Part shown: positions 27,611 through 36,999 of the stretch, piece by piece | How the letters are laid out: the number at the start of each line of letters is the position of its first letter | Numbering within the stretch: the stretch's first letter is position 1 | Source: an uncultured Clostridia bacterium | GTDB taxonomy: Bacteria; Bacillota; Clostridia; TANB77; CAG-465 | Direction: 5' to 3' | Length of the DNA stretch: 64,000 bases | Assembly (NCBI GenBank): GCA_944387385.1 | Contig: CALXES010000001.1 | Span: 7,713 to 71,712, forward strand | Notes under the pieces: generated by a model | What the model saw: the letters and a program-made list of their open reading frames with translations, nothing else | What the model was told of the DNA's origin: nothing | The model's database searches: none | Translations under genes and position numbers: made by a program

Positions 27611-28165
27611 ATGATACATATGTCTTTTCATAAAAAAAATCCTTCTGAAAAAATAAAAGAAGCAACAATAAACATGCTTGCACAATATACTTATGATGAA
27701 ATATCAATGAGGAAAATAGCAAAAGAGGCAAATGTTGCTTTAGGTCAACTTACATATTATTATAGAACGAAAGAAAATTTAATTGTTTCTGTAGTAAAAG
27801 AAGTTTTTGAGCTATTTTATGACGAATTTGAGAAAACTATAAATAATAGTAAAAATAAGGTTGAAAAGATAAAAGAAGGAGTAGAAAGTGTTTTAAAGGA
27901 AGATTCACAAATAGATAGATTATTAATTAATATATTATCTCAATCGCAAATAAATAAAAAGCTTCAAAATATTTTAAGTACTTTTTGGCAAAAAATAGTA
28001 TTATTAATTACTAGTTGCTATATGGAAGAATTAAAAATAACAGAGCAGGAGGCAAATTTAAAAGCTAGATTTTTTATTGGGGGAATAGTTGAAAATATTG
28101 TAGAAAATATACTTGATGTAAAGTTTAATGTTAATAATAATGTTTTACCTATAGACAAAGATTAG
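27611..28165 (+). CDS. TetR/AcrR-family transcriptional regulator
   Basis: N-terminal HTH (YDEISMRKIAKEANVALGQLTYYYRTKENL) and a helical C-terminal ligand domain. Confidence 0.85.
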   Translation: MIHMSFHKKNPSEKIKEATINMLAQYTYDEISMRKIAKEANVALGQLTYYYRTKENLIVSVVKEVFELFYDEFEKTINNSKNKVEKIKEGVESVLKEDSQIDRLLINILSQSQINKKLQNILSTFWQKIVLLITSCYMEELKITEQEANLKARFFIGGIVENIVENILDVKFNVNNNVLPIDKD

Positions 28166-28173
28166 GTGAAAGA

Positions 28174-28950
28174 ATGAAAGAAAAAACTTTTTATTATAAA
28201 GATGAGCTAAATGATGATTTTGCTCTAGAAAATATTAAACCAATTAATATAACATCAGAATATAAGTATATACATAAAAATATATTTTGGAAAATATGCT
28301 CTTTTATTGTATATAGATTAATAGCAATGCCAATTGCTTTTTCATATTCAAAAATATTTTTTGGTCTTAAATTTGAAAATAAAAAAGTATTAAAAAAATG
28401 TAAAAATACAGGATATTTTATATATGGAAATCATACTCAAAAAGTTATTGATACTTTTTTGCCAACACTTGGAAATTTTCCTAAAAAGTGCCATATTGTA
28501 GCTCATCCAGATAATATTGCAATTCCTGTCTTAGGCACATTTAATAAAATGATGGGAGGTTTTCCAATTCCTACAGATATAAAGGCAATGAAAAATTTCT
28601 TAGAGGCAATGGAGAATTTTTTAAATGATAAAAATGTAATATCTATTTATCCTGAAGCTCATGTTTGGCCATATTATTCAAAGATAAGAAATTTTTCATC
28701 TACTTCTTTTAAATATCCTGTAAAACTAAATAAACCAGTATTTGTATTTACAACTACATATAAGAAGAGAAAATACAGAAGACCTAAGATAATTGTATAT
28801 ATAGATGGACCTTTTTATTCGGACCAAAAATTAAGCTTGAAGAAATCTCAAGAAGAACTTAGAAATAAAGTATATAATACAATGTGTCTTAGAAGTAAAA
28901 ATACAGATGTAGAGTATTATAAATATATAAAGGATGAGTCAAATGATTAA
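28174..28950 (+). CDS. lysophospholipid/glycerol-phosphate acyltransferase (LPLAT/PlsC)-family protein
   Basis: GNHTQKVID (an HX4D-like block; by my count His and Asp are 5 residues apart) and IYPEAHVW (a block III-like PE motif). Confidence 0.6.
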   Translation: MKEKTFYYKDELNDDFALENIKPINITSEYKYIHKNIFWKICSFIVYRLIAMPIAFSYSKIFFGLKFENKKVLKKCKNTGYFIYGNHTQKVIDTFLPTLGNFPKKCHIVAHPDNIAIPVLGTFNKMMGGFPIPTDIKAMKNFLEAMENFLNDKNVISIYPEAHVWPYYSKIRNFSSTSFKYPVKLNKPVFVFTTTYKKRKYRRPKIIVYIDGPFYSDQKLSLKKSQEELRNKVYNTMCLRSKNTDVEYYKYIKDESND

Positions 28951-29821
28951 TTTAATGTTTTGTGGAAATGATAGAGTTTTTGATGGTATGATTATATCAT
29001 TACTTTCAATTACAAAGTACTGTAAAGAAAAATTAAATATATATATTTTAACAATGGATTTGCAAGATATAGATAAAAAATATAGACCAATAAGTAACGA
29101 ACAAGTAGAGGTTCTTAAAAATATTGTTAAATCAGCAAATTTTAAAAGTGATATTCATTTAATAGATATTACAAAATATTTTAAAGAAGAAATGCTTAGT
29201 AGTGTTAATATAAAGACTCATTATACACCTTATATCTTAATAAGACTTTTTTTGGATAAGATTGATGATTTACCAGATAAAGTGTTATATTTAGATAGTG
29301 ATCTGGTTATATATAAAAATATAGAAAGCTTATTTAATATAGATATAGAAAAGTATGATTTTGCAGCTGCTATAGATTATATAGGTCAATTTTTTATAGA
29401 TAAGAAATATATTAATTCAGGTGTATTACTTATGAATATCAAAAAAATGAAGAAAGAGAGAGCTTTTGAAAAGTGTAGAAAAATTGTATTAACTAAAAGA
29501 ATGTTACTTCCAGATCAAACAGCATTAAATAAAATATGTAAAGATAAAAAGTATATTGAAAGAAAATATAATGAGCAAAAAGAAAAGCAAGATGATACAG
29601 TTATTAGACATTTTAGTATGACAATAAAGCCTATGTTTTTATTAAACAAATCAAAAAGGATTATTGTAAAAAAATATTGTTCAATACTAAAATGGATACC
29701 AATTATAAAATTTTTAAATATAAAACCATGGAATATAGATGGAATTCATGAAATATACTGTATACATGACTTTGATGATATTTTAGATAAATATCAAAAA
29801 ATAAAAGGAGAATGTAAATAA
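28943..29821 (+). CDS. family 8 glycosyltransferase
   Basis: YLDSDLVI (DxD) and NSGVLLMN motifs. The start is either ATG 28943 or ATG 28934; both overlap the upstream gene. Confidence 0.8.
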   Translation: MINLMFCGNDRVFDGMIISLLSITKYCKEKLNIYILTMDLQDIDKKYRPISNEQVEVLKNIVKSANFKSDIHLIDITKYFKEEMLSSVNIKTHYTPYILIRLFLDKIDDLPDKVLYLDSDLVIYKNIESLFNIDIEKYDFAAAIDYIGQFFIDKKYINSGVLLMNIKKMKKERAFEKCRKIVLTKRMLLPDQTALNKICKDKKYIERKYNEQKEKQDDTVIRHFSMTIKPMFLLNKSKRIIVKKYCSILKWIPIIKFLNIKPWNIDGIHEIYCIHDFDDILDKYQKIKGECK

Positions 29822-29822
29822 A

Positions 29823-30779
29823 ATGAACAAGCAGATAATACCTATATTCTTTTCTTCGGATGATAATTATATACCGTTTTTATCGGTAGCGATTAATTCT
29901 TTAATATCAAATGCAAGTAAAGAATATAATTATGAGATTATAATACTAAATTCGGGTTTAAGTTCTGATAATATGGAAAAAATAAGTAAGTATGATAAAG
30001 AAAATATAAAAATCAAGTTTGAGGATGTAAGACCTAAGATAAAAGATATTGTAAAAGATTTAGAATTAAGGCTTAGAGATTATTATTCTATATCGATATT
30101 TTATAGATTATTTATACCATCATTATTTAAAGAGTATAAAAAGGCAATATACTTAGATGCAGATATTGTTTTAGTAGATGATATATCAAAGCTGTACAAT
30201 GAGGAAATAGATGAATTCTTAGTAGCTGGAGTACCAGATGAGGTTGTAAATAATAATGTGTATTTTAGAGAATATTCGGTAAAGTCTTTAGATTTAGAAC
30301 CAGGAAATTATTTTAATTCTGGAGTATTACTAATGAATTTAGAAAAATTTAGAGAAGAAAAAATAGAAGAAAAATTTTTGCATATACTTAGTAAATATAA
30401 CTTTGACGTTATTGCACCAGATCAAGATTATTTGAATTTCCTATGTAAAGGAAAAGTAAAATATATAAATAGAGGATGGGATAGAATGCCAAATCCAGAT
30501 GAAACATTTAATGATAATGACTTGCATCTGATTCATTTTAATATGTTTCAAAAACCTTGGAATTACGATAATGTTCTTTATGAAGAATATTTTTGGAAGT
30601 ATGCAAATGATACTGAATTTTATAATGAAATAAGTTTAATGAGAGGAAAATATACTGCAGAAGATATTAGTAAAGATAAGCAAGGTGAAATAAATTTGGT
30701 AAATCAAAGTAGAAGAATATCAAAATCAGATTTTACTTTTAAAAATATTATAGATAAAGATTATTTTAATTATATGTAG
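29823..30779 (+). CDS. family 8 glycosyltransferase (GspA-like)
   Basis: FSSDDNY, YLDADIVL (DxD), NSGVLLMNL and HFNxxxKPW motifs. It starts 1 nt after the upstream stop. Confidence 0.85.
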   Translation: MNKQIIPIFFSSDDNYIPFLSVAINSLISNASKEYNYEIIILNSGLSSDNMEKISKYDKENIKIKFEDVRPKIKDIVKDLELRLRDYYSISIFYRLFIPSLFKEYKKAIYLDADIVLVDDISKLYNEEIDEFLVAGVPDEVVNNNVYFREYSVKSLDLEPGNYFNSGVLLMNLEKFREEKIEEKFLHILSKYNFDVIAPDQDYLNFLCKGKVKYINRGWDRMPNPDETFNDNDLHLIHFNMFQKPWNYDNVLYEEYFWKYANDTEFYNEISLMRGKYTAEDISKDKQGEINLVNQSRRISKSDFTFKNIIDKDYFNYM

Positions 30780-30799
30780 TGATAAGGAAAAGGATTATT

Positions 30800-31654
30800 A
30801 TGGAAAAAAGTAAAGAAAGACTAAAGGTTATAGAGAATATAAAAAGAGCTGTACATGAGAAAAATTTTAATGCAAAAGTGGAAGAAGGAGATCCGGTTAT
30901 TACTCAGGAAGATAGAGAAAAAGTAATACTAAACTATGATACAAATAAGAAAAAAATTAAAAATAAAGTTGAGTACTATTTTGCTAAAAGTCTTACTGAT
31001 GCTATTACTAACGATGTTAACAAAGATACACAAATAATTGGACTTGAAAATATAGAAAATCTTCCAACAGGAGCAATAATAACTTGTAATCATTTTAGTA
31101 AAGTGGATAATACAGTTATAAGATATATGATAAATAAGATTCATAAAGCTAAAGATTTTGGAATAATTGTACAAGAATCTAATTTTTTTATGCCTGGTAT
31201 TATAGGTTGGCTAATTAGAAATAATAAGACAATACCGTTAAGCTTAGATCATAATTATATTTCTAATAACTTTATGCCAACAATAAAAGAGCTTCTTGAA
31301 AATAAAGCATATATATTAATTTATCCTGAAGAGGAGATGTGGTTTAATTACAGAAAACCAAGACCTTTAAAAATTGGTGCTTATCATTATGCTGTTAAAT
31401 ACAATGTTCCTATTGTTCCTTGTTTTATTAAGACAGAAAATAAAGAAGAAATAGGAGATGATGGCTTTAAAAAATCTAAGTATACTCTTTATATAATGCC
31501 ACCAATTTATCCAGATAAAAATAAATCATTAAAAGAAAATAAAGAGGAAATGAGAAATAAAGATTATAATATGAAAGTTGAAGCATATGAAAAAGCATAC
31601 GGAAGAAAGTTAGATTATACTTTTAATTTAGAAGAAGATATAGCTGGTTGGTAA
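30800..31654 (+). CDS. LPLAT/PlsC-family acyltransferase (second copy)
   Basis: CNHFSKVD (HX4D) and IYPEEEMW. The start is ATG 30800, or GTG 30779 which overlaps the GT8 stop. Confidence 0.65.
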   Translation: MEKSKERLKVIENIKRAVHEKNFNAKVEEGDPVITQEDREKVILNYDTNKKKIKNKVEYYFAKSLTDAITNDVNKDTQIIGLENIENLPTGAIITCNHFSKVDNTVIRYMINKIHKAKDFGIIVQESNFFMPGIIGWLIRNNKTIPLSLDHNYISNNFMPTIKELLENKAYILIYPEEEMWFNYRKPRPLKIGAYHYAVKYNVPIVPCFIKTENKEEIGDDGFKKSKYTLYIMPPIYPDKNKSLKENKEEMRNKDYNMKVEAYEKAYGRKLDYTFNLEEDIAGW

Positions 31655-31684
31655 GACAAGTACAAAAATGTACTTGTCTTTTCT
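31654..31684 (+). terminator. Rho-independent terminator
   Basis: 11-bp stem agacaagtaca/tgtacttgtct with a 4-nt loop and a T-run. Confidence 0.85.
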
Positions 31685-31764
31685 CATATTTTCTTCAAAT
31701 TTATATGCTTTTGTGATAAAATATAGTTGTTAATAGATTTAGTCTAAGTAAAAAGGGGGTAAAT

Positions 31765-33453
31765 ATGCAAAAAGTATGGAATTTAAAAAAATATGACACT
31801 GAGTTGATAAGAAAAATAAAAGATACATATAAAGTATCGGATATAATGGCAAAGCTATTAATATCAAGAAATATAGAATTTGATGATATTGGTAACTTTT
31901 TAAATGGTACTTTAGAAGATCTAATGGATCCATATGAAATAAAAGATATGGATAAATTAGTAGAAAGAATAGATAAGGCTATTAAAGATAAAGAAAAGAT
32001 TTGTATATATGGAGATTATGATGTAGATGGTATAACAAGTATAACTATAATGTATCAATTTCTAACAAAGCTTGGTGCAGAAGTTATGTATTATTTACCT
32101 GATAGACTTCTTGAGGGCTATGGAATAAATAATAATGCTTTAGATGAGATAAAAAAGCAAGGAGTAAGTTTAGTAATAACTGTAGATTGTGGAATTACTG
32201 CAGTAGAAGAAGTTAAGCATGCAAAAGAAATTGGACTTGACATTTGTATTACAGATCATCATGAGTGTGCACAGGATTTACCTGATGCTCTTGCTATAGT
32301 AAATCCTAAAAGAAAAGATGATACATATTCCTTTAAATTTTTAGCTGGAGTAGGTGTAGCATTTAAGACGATTTCTGCTGTAGCTAAAAAATATAATTTA
32401 CAAGAGGAAGAATATTTAAAGTATCTTGATATTGTTTCTATTGGTACGATCTCAGATATAGTACCTTTAGTTGGAGAAAATAGAATAATTTCAAAATATG
32501 GACTTAAGATGATGGTTCATACTAAAAACATTGGACTTAAAGCTCTTATTAAGCTTGTTAATTCTAAAGAAATTGATAGCATGATGGTATCTTTTGGAAT
32601 GGCTCCTAGAATTAATGCTTGTGGAAGAATGGGAAATGCATCCGCGGCAGTAAAATTGCTACTTGAAAATGATGAAAAAAGAGCAGAGCAAATTGCTTTA
32701 GAATTAGATAAATTAAATCAAGAAAGAAAAAACGTCGAGACTGTGATTTTTGAAGAATCATTAGATATGATTAAAAAAAATGGATTAGATAAAAAAAATA
32801 GTATAGTATTATATAACAGTTCTTGGCATAATGGTGTAATAGGAATAGTTGCTTCAAGGCTTGTAAACTTATATTATAAACCAGTTATATTACTTACAAA
32901 AGAAAATGGGATTATTAGAGGTTCTGGAAGATGTCCATCAGGCTTTTCAATATATGATGCACTTACTGAGTGCAAAGATTATGTTATACAGTTTGGAGGA
33001 CATGAACTTGCAGCAGGACTTAGTATTTTAGAAGAAAATATAGATGATTTTATAAATGCTTTTGAAAATGCTTGTAGAAAAAAATCTGATGCTATCTCAG
33101 AACAAATTATTGAAATAGATGCACAGGTAGAAAGAAAAGATTTAAATTCTCAGATAATAAAAGATATTAGAGAAATGAAGCCTTATGGACAGTCAAATCA
33201 GGTACCAGTCTTTTTATATAAGGGAATTAAAGTTAGTGCAATAAGAACAATTAAAGAAGAAAAGCATTTAAAATTAGTTTTAAAAGACGATAGAAGTCTA
33301 ATTGATGCTGTTGGGTTTTCAATGGGAGCAAGAAGAGATGAAATTAGAATAGGAGATAAAATAGATGTCGTTGGAACAATTGAACTTAATTCGTATAATA
33401 CACCTAAGACTATTCAATTTGTTCTACAAGACTTTAAAAAATCAGTAGATTAG
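31765..33453 (+). CDS. recJ: single-stranded-DNA-specific exonuclease RecJ
   Basis: DHH motifs (IYGDYDVDGITS, VDCG, TDHH), the DHHA1 region GGHxxAAG and an OB-like C-terminus. Confidence 0.94.
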   Translation: MQKVWNLKKYDTELIRKIKDTYKVSDIMAKLLISRNIEFDDIGNFLNGTLEDLMDPYEIKDMDKLVERIDKAIKDKEKICIYGDYDVDGITSITIMYQFLTKLGAEVMYYLPDRLLEGYGINNNALDEIKKQGVSLVITVDCGITAVEEVKHAKEIGLDICITDHHECAQDLPDALAIVNPKRKDDTYSFKFLAGVGVAFKTISAVAKKYNLQEEEYLKYLDIVSIGTISDIVPLVGENRIISKYGLKMMVHTKNIGLKALIKLVNSKEIDSMMVSFGMAPRINACGRMGNASAAVKLLLENDEKRAEQIALELDKLNQERKNVETVIFEESLDMIKKNGLDKKNSIVLYNSSWHNGVIGIVASRLVNLYYKPVILLTKENGIIRGSGRCPSGFSIYDALTECKDYVIQFGGHELAAGLSILEENIDDFINAFENACRKKSDAISEQIIEIDAQVERKDLNSQIIKDIREMKPYGQSNQVPVFLYKGIKVSAIRTIKEEKHLKLVLKDDRSLIDAVGFSMGARRDEIRIGDKIDVVGTIELNSYNTPKTIQFVLQDFKKSVD

Positions 33454-33470
33454 ACAAGGAGAAATGTTAT

Positions 33471-35636
33471 ATGAATGATAACAAATACTTAAACAAAATT
33501 AAAGAAATCTTAGAAAAAGAAAATATAAAATATAATGAAGAAGAGTTAAAAAAAGTTGTAGAATATGCAGAGCTTAAGCATGATGGAAAGAAAATTTTAG
33601 ATGATGATACTATGGACTTTGTAACAGAAGTTGCAAGTGAGGTGGCAACATTACGTTTAGATGATAAATCACTTTATGCAGCACTACTATATCCAGTAGC
33701 AGATTATGAGGATTTTAATGAAAAAGAATTAAAAGAAGTTGCTAGTGATGAAACAGCACAGCTTATTTTAATATTACAAAAACTAGAGGAAAATTATAAA
33801 CCATCAGATAAGATAAATATTGCTACAAATCCTGAAGTACTTAGAAATATGTTTATGGCAATTGCGAAGGATATAAGAGTAGTAATTATAAAAATTACTG
33901 AAAGACTTTCATATATGAGAAGAATGAATTCTTTAGACAATGCAGTTAAAGAACAAATTGCAAAAGAATGCTTAGAGATATATGCTCCAATTGCTCATAG
34001 ACTTGGTATGTCCAAAGTAAAATCAGAGCTTGAAGATATATCTTTTAGAGTATTATTACCAGATGAGTATCATAGTATAAAAGAACAAATAGATGAAAAG
34101 AAAGAAGAAAGAGAAGCATATATTGATGCAAGAATAAAAGAAGTATCAGATAAGTTAAAAGAGCAAGGTATAGAAGCTACAATTTACGGTAGACCAAAGC
34201 ATTTTTATAGCATATATAAAAAGATGAAAGCAAAATCATGTAAAGCAGAAGATTTATTTGATCTTATTGCTATACGTGTAATTGTTAATTCAATAAAAGA
34301 TTGTTATAGTGTTTTAGGAATTGTTCATGATATGTATAAACCAATGCCAGGTAGATTTAAAGATTATATTGCAGTACCAAAAACTAATATGTATCAGTCT
34401 TTACATACTACTGTTTTTGGTGAGGGCGGAAGACCTTTTGAAATTCAGATACGTACATGGGATATGCATAATGTTGCAGAACGTGGTATTGCTGCTCACT
34501 TTTCATATAAGGAGAAAAACAAGAAAATATCTGAAGCAGATAAAAAGATTTTATGGCTTAGAAAGACACTTGAAATACAAAAAGAATTAACAGATAATAC
34601 AGAGAATATGGATAAGATAAAAACAGAAATCTTTGGAGAAGAAGTATTTGTATTTACTCCAAAAGGAGAGATAAAATCATTGCCAAAGGGATCTACACCA
34701 ATAGATTTTGCATATTCAATTCACCAAAAAGTCGCAGAACAGATGGTTGGAGCAAAAATAAATGGAAGAATGGTTCCACTTAATACCAAACTTGAAAATA
34801 AAGATGTTGTTGAAATTGTAACAAGTAAAAGCTCAAAAGGACCAAATAGAGATTGGTTAAAGTATGTTAAGACATCTAGTGCTAAGAATAAAATTACTAG
34901 TTTTCTAAAAAAAGAAGGTAGAGAAATTAATATTCAAAGTGGAAAAGAACTTTTTGAAAAAATGCTTAAAAAGCAAAAATATCCTAAAGAAGAATTATTA
35001 AAAGAAGAATTTTTACTACCAGCACTTAGAAGATTTAATTGTAAAACAATAGATGACTGCTATGAAAATATAGGCTTTGGAAGTATTTCACCTGTAAAAG
35101 TTGTAAATAAAATAGTAGAACTTTATGAAGAGAGTCTAGCACCAACAGAAGACTTAAAGTTGAAAGTGGTGTCTAAAAAGAAAAAGAATAACAGTAATGA
35201 TTTAGTAGAAGTTGAAGGAATAGATAATTGCTTAGTTAAATTTGCTAAATGTTGTTCACCAATACCTGGAGATGAGATTGTAGGATACATTACTTTTGCA
35301 AATGGTATTTCAATTCATAGAAAAGATTGCTCAAATTTAAAGAGCCTTGATACTAGTGCAAGAACAATAAATGTAAAATGGAAAGAACAGACACACGCTG
35401 AGTTTAATGCAAGACTTGTTGTAAAGGCAAATGACAGAGATGGAGTACTTGCAGATATATTAAAGACAATGAAGGAGTTAAAAATTGAAATTACTGAGAT
35501 TAGTACAAAAGTAACACAAGATAGAGAAAATATAACAAATTTATGTGCAAATATTAAAGATATAAATACTTTACAAACTGTAATGAAAGCTTTAAGAAAA
35601 ATCGATAGTGTTTTTGATGTAAGGAGAATAAAATGA
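33471..35636 (+). CDS. relA: long RelA/SpoT homologue: intact (p)ppGpp synthetase, TGS and ACT domains, degenerate hydrolase domain
   Basis: Synthetase motifs are YGRPKHFYSIYKKM, DLIAIRVIV, RFKDYIA and EIQIRT. The TGS domain (FTPKGE...LPKGSTPIDFAY) and a C-terminal ACT domain are present. The N-terminal HD region aligns but lacks the HD and ED residues. Confidence 0.92.
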   Translation: MNDNKYLNKIKEILEKENIKYNEEELKKVVEYAELKHDGKKILDDDTMDFVTEVASEVATLRLDDKSLYAALLYPVADYEDFNEKELKEVASDETAQLILILQKLEENYKPSDKINIATNPEVLRNMFMAIAKDIRVVIIKITERLSYMRRMNSLDNAVKEQIAKECLEIYAPIAHRLGMSKVKSELEDISFRVLLPDEYHSIKEQIDEKKEEREAYIDARIKEVSDKLKEQGIEATIYGRPKHFYSIYKKMKAKSCKAEDLFDLIAIRVIVNSIKDCYSVLGIVHDMYKPMPGRFKDYIAVPKTNMYQSLHTTVFGEGGRPFEIQIRTWDMHNVAERGIAAHFSYKEKNKKISEADKKILWLRKTLEIQKELTDNTENMDKIKTEIFGEEVFVFTPKGEIKSLPKGSTPIDFAYSIHQKVAEQMVGAKINGRMVPLNTKLENKDVVEIVTSKSSKGPNRDWLKYVKTSSAKNKITSFLKKEGREINIQSGKELFEKMLKKQKYPKEELLKEEFLLPALRRFNCKTIDDCYENIGFGSISPVKVVNKIVELYEESLAPTEDLKLKVVSKKKKNNSNDLVEVEGIDNCLVKFAKCCSPIPGDEIVGYITFANGISIHRKDCSNLKSLDTSARTINVKWKEQTHAEFNARLVVKANDRDGVLADILKTMKELKIEITEISTKVTQDRENITNLCANIKDINTLQTVMKALRKIDSVFDVRRIK
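33558..33980 (+). other. degenerate HD (ppGpp hydrolase) pseudo-domain of the RSH protein
   Basis: LLYPVADYE (33684-33710) replaces the canonical LLHDVVEDT. FVTEVA stands where IxHP is expected, and TERLSYMRR where ADRLHNMRT is expected. Confidence 0.7.
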
Positions 35637-36316
35637 TAGAACAACTAAAAATTAATGTACTGGGCAGTTACCATGTCACAAATTGCTATATATTATGGGA
35701 TAAAGATAGTAAAGAGGCAGCAGTTATTGACCCTGCAGATGATGTAGAAAAAATAGATGAATGTATAAAAAGATTAGATTTAAAGTTAAAATATGTTCTA
35801 TTAACTCATGCACATAAAGATCATACTATTGCGTTAAATTCTCTTTTAAAAAGATATGATAATATAAAAGCAATAGCAAGTTCTAATGAAAGGCAAATGC
35901 TTGAGGGGAAAGTAAGTGACTGCTCTGATGTTTTTCATTTAAAACAAAGTCCTTTTGACTTAAATAGATTTATATTACTAAAAAATAATGAAGTGTTTAA
36001 TATAGGAAAAATCAAAGTAAAAATGATTTGTACTCCTGGACACACCAAAGGTAGTGCTTGCTATTATTTAGATGAGGAAAAAATACTTTTTAGTGGAGAT
36101 ACATTATTTTCAGATTGTTTTGGAAGATGTGATTTAGATTCTTCTAACATAGATGATATGGTAAGTTCTTTAGTTTTACTATATAAAAATTATAATGATG
36201 TATATATTTATCCTGGTCATAATTTGACTAATGTACATATTATGGATACATATCCTAGGATAAGAAGTCTATTAATGAATGTTAAAGGTATTAATTTAGA
36301 TGAGTTATTAAAATAG
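35633..36316 (+). CDS. MBL-fold metallo-hydrolase (glyoxalase II-like)
   Basis: HAHKDH (HxHxDH), TPGHT and a C-terminal His. Its ATG overlaps the relA stop (ATGA). Confidence 0.85.
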   Translation: MIEQLKINVLGSYHVTNCYILWDKDSKEAAVIDPADDVEKIDECIKRLDLKLKYVLLTHAHKDHTIALNSLLKRYDNIKAIASSNERQMLEGKVSDCSDVFHLKQSPFDLNRFILLKNNEVFNIGKIKVKMICTPGHTKGSACYYLDEEKILFSGDTLFSDCFGRCDLDSSNIDDMVSSLVLLYKNYNDVYIYPGHNLTNVHIMDTYPRIRSLLMNVKGINLDELLK

Positions 36317-36326
36317 GGAGGAAAAA

Positions 36327-36989
36327 ATGAATCATTTTAAAGATATAATTGAAGAAGAAAGTAAGAAAGATTATTATAAAAATCTACATGATTTTGTATA
36401 TAAGGAGTATGATGAAAAGACAATATTTCCTGAGAAGAAAAATATTTTTGCAGCATTAAAGTATACTCCATATGAAAATGTAAAAGTTGTAATACTTGGA
36501 CAAGATCCCTATCATGGACTTGGAGAAGCTCATGGAATGGCATTTTCAGTGTGCCCTGGTATAAAGACACCACCTTCTCTTCAAAACATATATAAAGAAC
36601 TTAATCAAGAGCTAGGATGTTATATACCAAACAACGGATATCTTATGAAATGGTCAAGACAAGGCGTATTGCTACTTAATTCTGTATTAACTGTTCAAAA
36701 AGATATGCCAGCATCACATAGAGGAAAAGGTTGGGAGATATTTACAGATAAAATAATTGAAGAGGTAAATAAGAAAGATACGCCAGTAGTATTTATGCTT
36801 TGGGGAAGCTTTGCAAAGTCAAAAAGATATTTAATAACAAATCCGAAGCATTTAATATTAGAGGCACCTCATCCAAGTCCTTTTTCTGCAAGAAGTGGAT
36901 TTTTTGGATGTAATCATTTTATTAAAGCAAATGAGTTTTTAAAACAAAACAATTTAGAGCCAATAGACTGGCAAATAGAAAATATTTAG
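36327..36989 (+). CDS. ung: uracil-DNA glycosylase (family 1)
   Basis: GQDPYH, GVLLLN and HPSPFSA motifs. Confidence 0.95.
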   Translation: MNHFKDIIEEESKKDYYKNLHDFVYKEYDEKTIFPEKKNIFAALKYTPYENVKVVILGQDPYHGLGEAHGMAFSVCPGIKTPPSLQNIYKELNQELGCYIPNNGYLMKWSRQGVLLLNSVLTVQKDMPASHRGKGWEIFTDKIIEEVNKKDTPVVFMLWGSFAKSKRYLITNPKHLILEAPHPSPFSARSGFFGCNHFIKANEFLKQNNLEPIDWQIENI

Positions 36990-36999
36990 GAGAGTTAAT

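Noticed and set aside
28934-30779. The two GT8 glycosyltransferases as dedicated glycosylases of the adjacent adhesins, by analogy with GT8 enzymes in serine-rich-repeat adhesin loci.
   Set aside because: The adhesins have no serine-rich repeat region. No accessory Sec (secA2/secY2/asp) or GtfA/B genes are present. The GT8 genes sit in a separate TetR-headed transcription unit with acyltransferases. I kept this only as a low-probability idea in the island finding.
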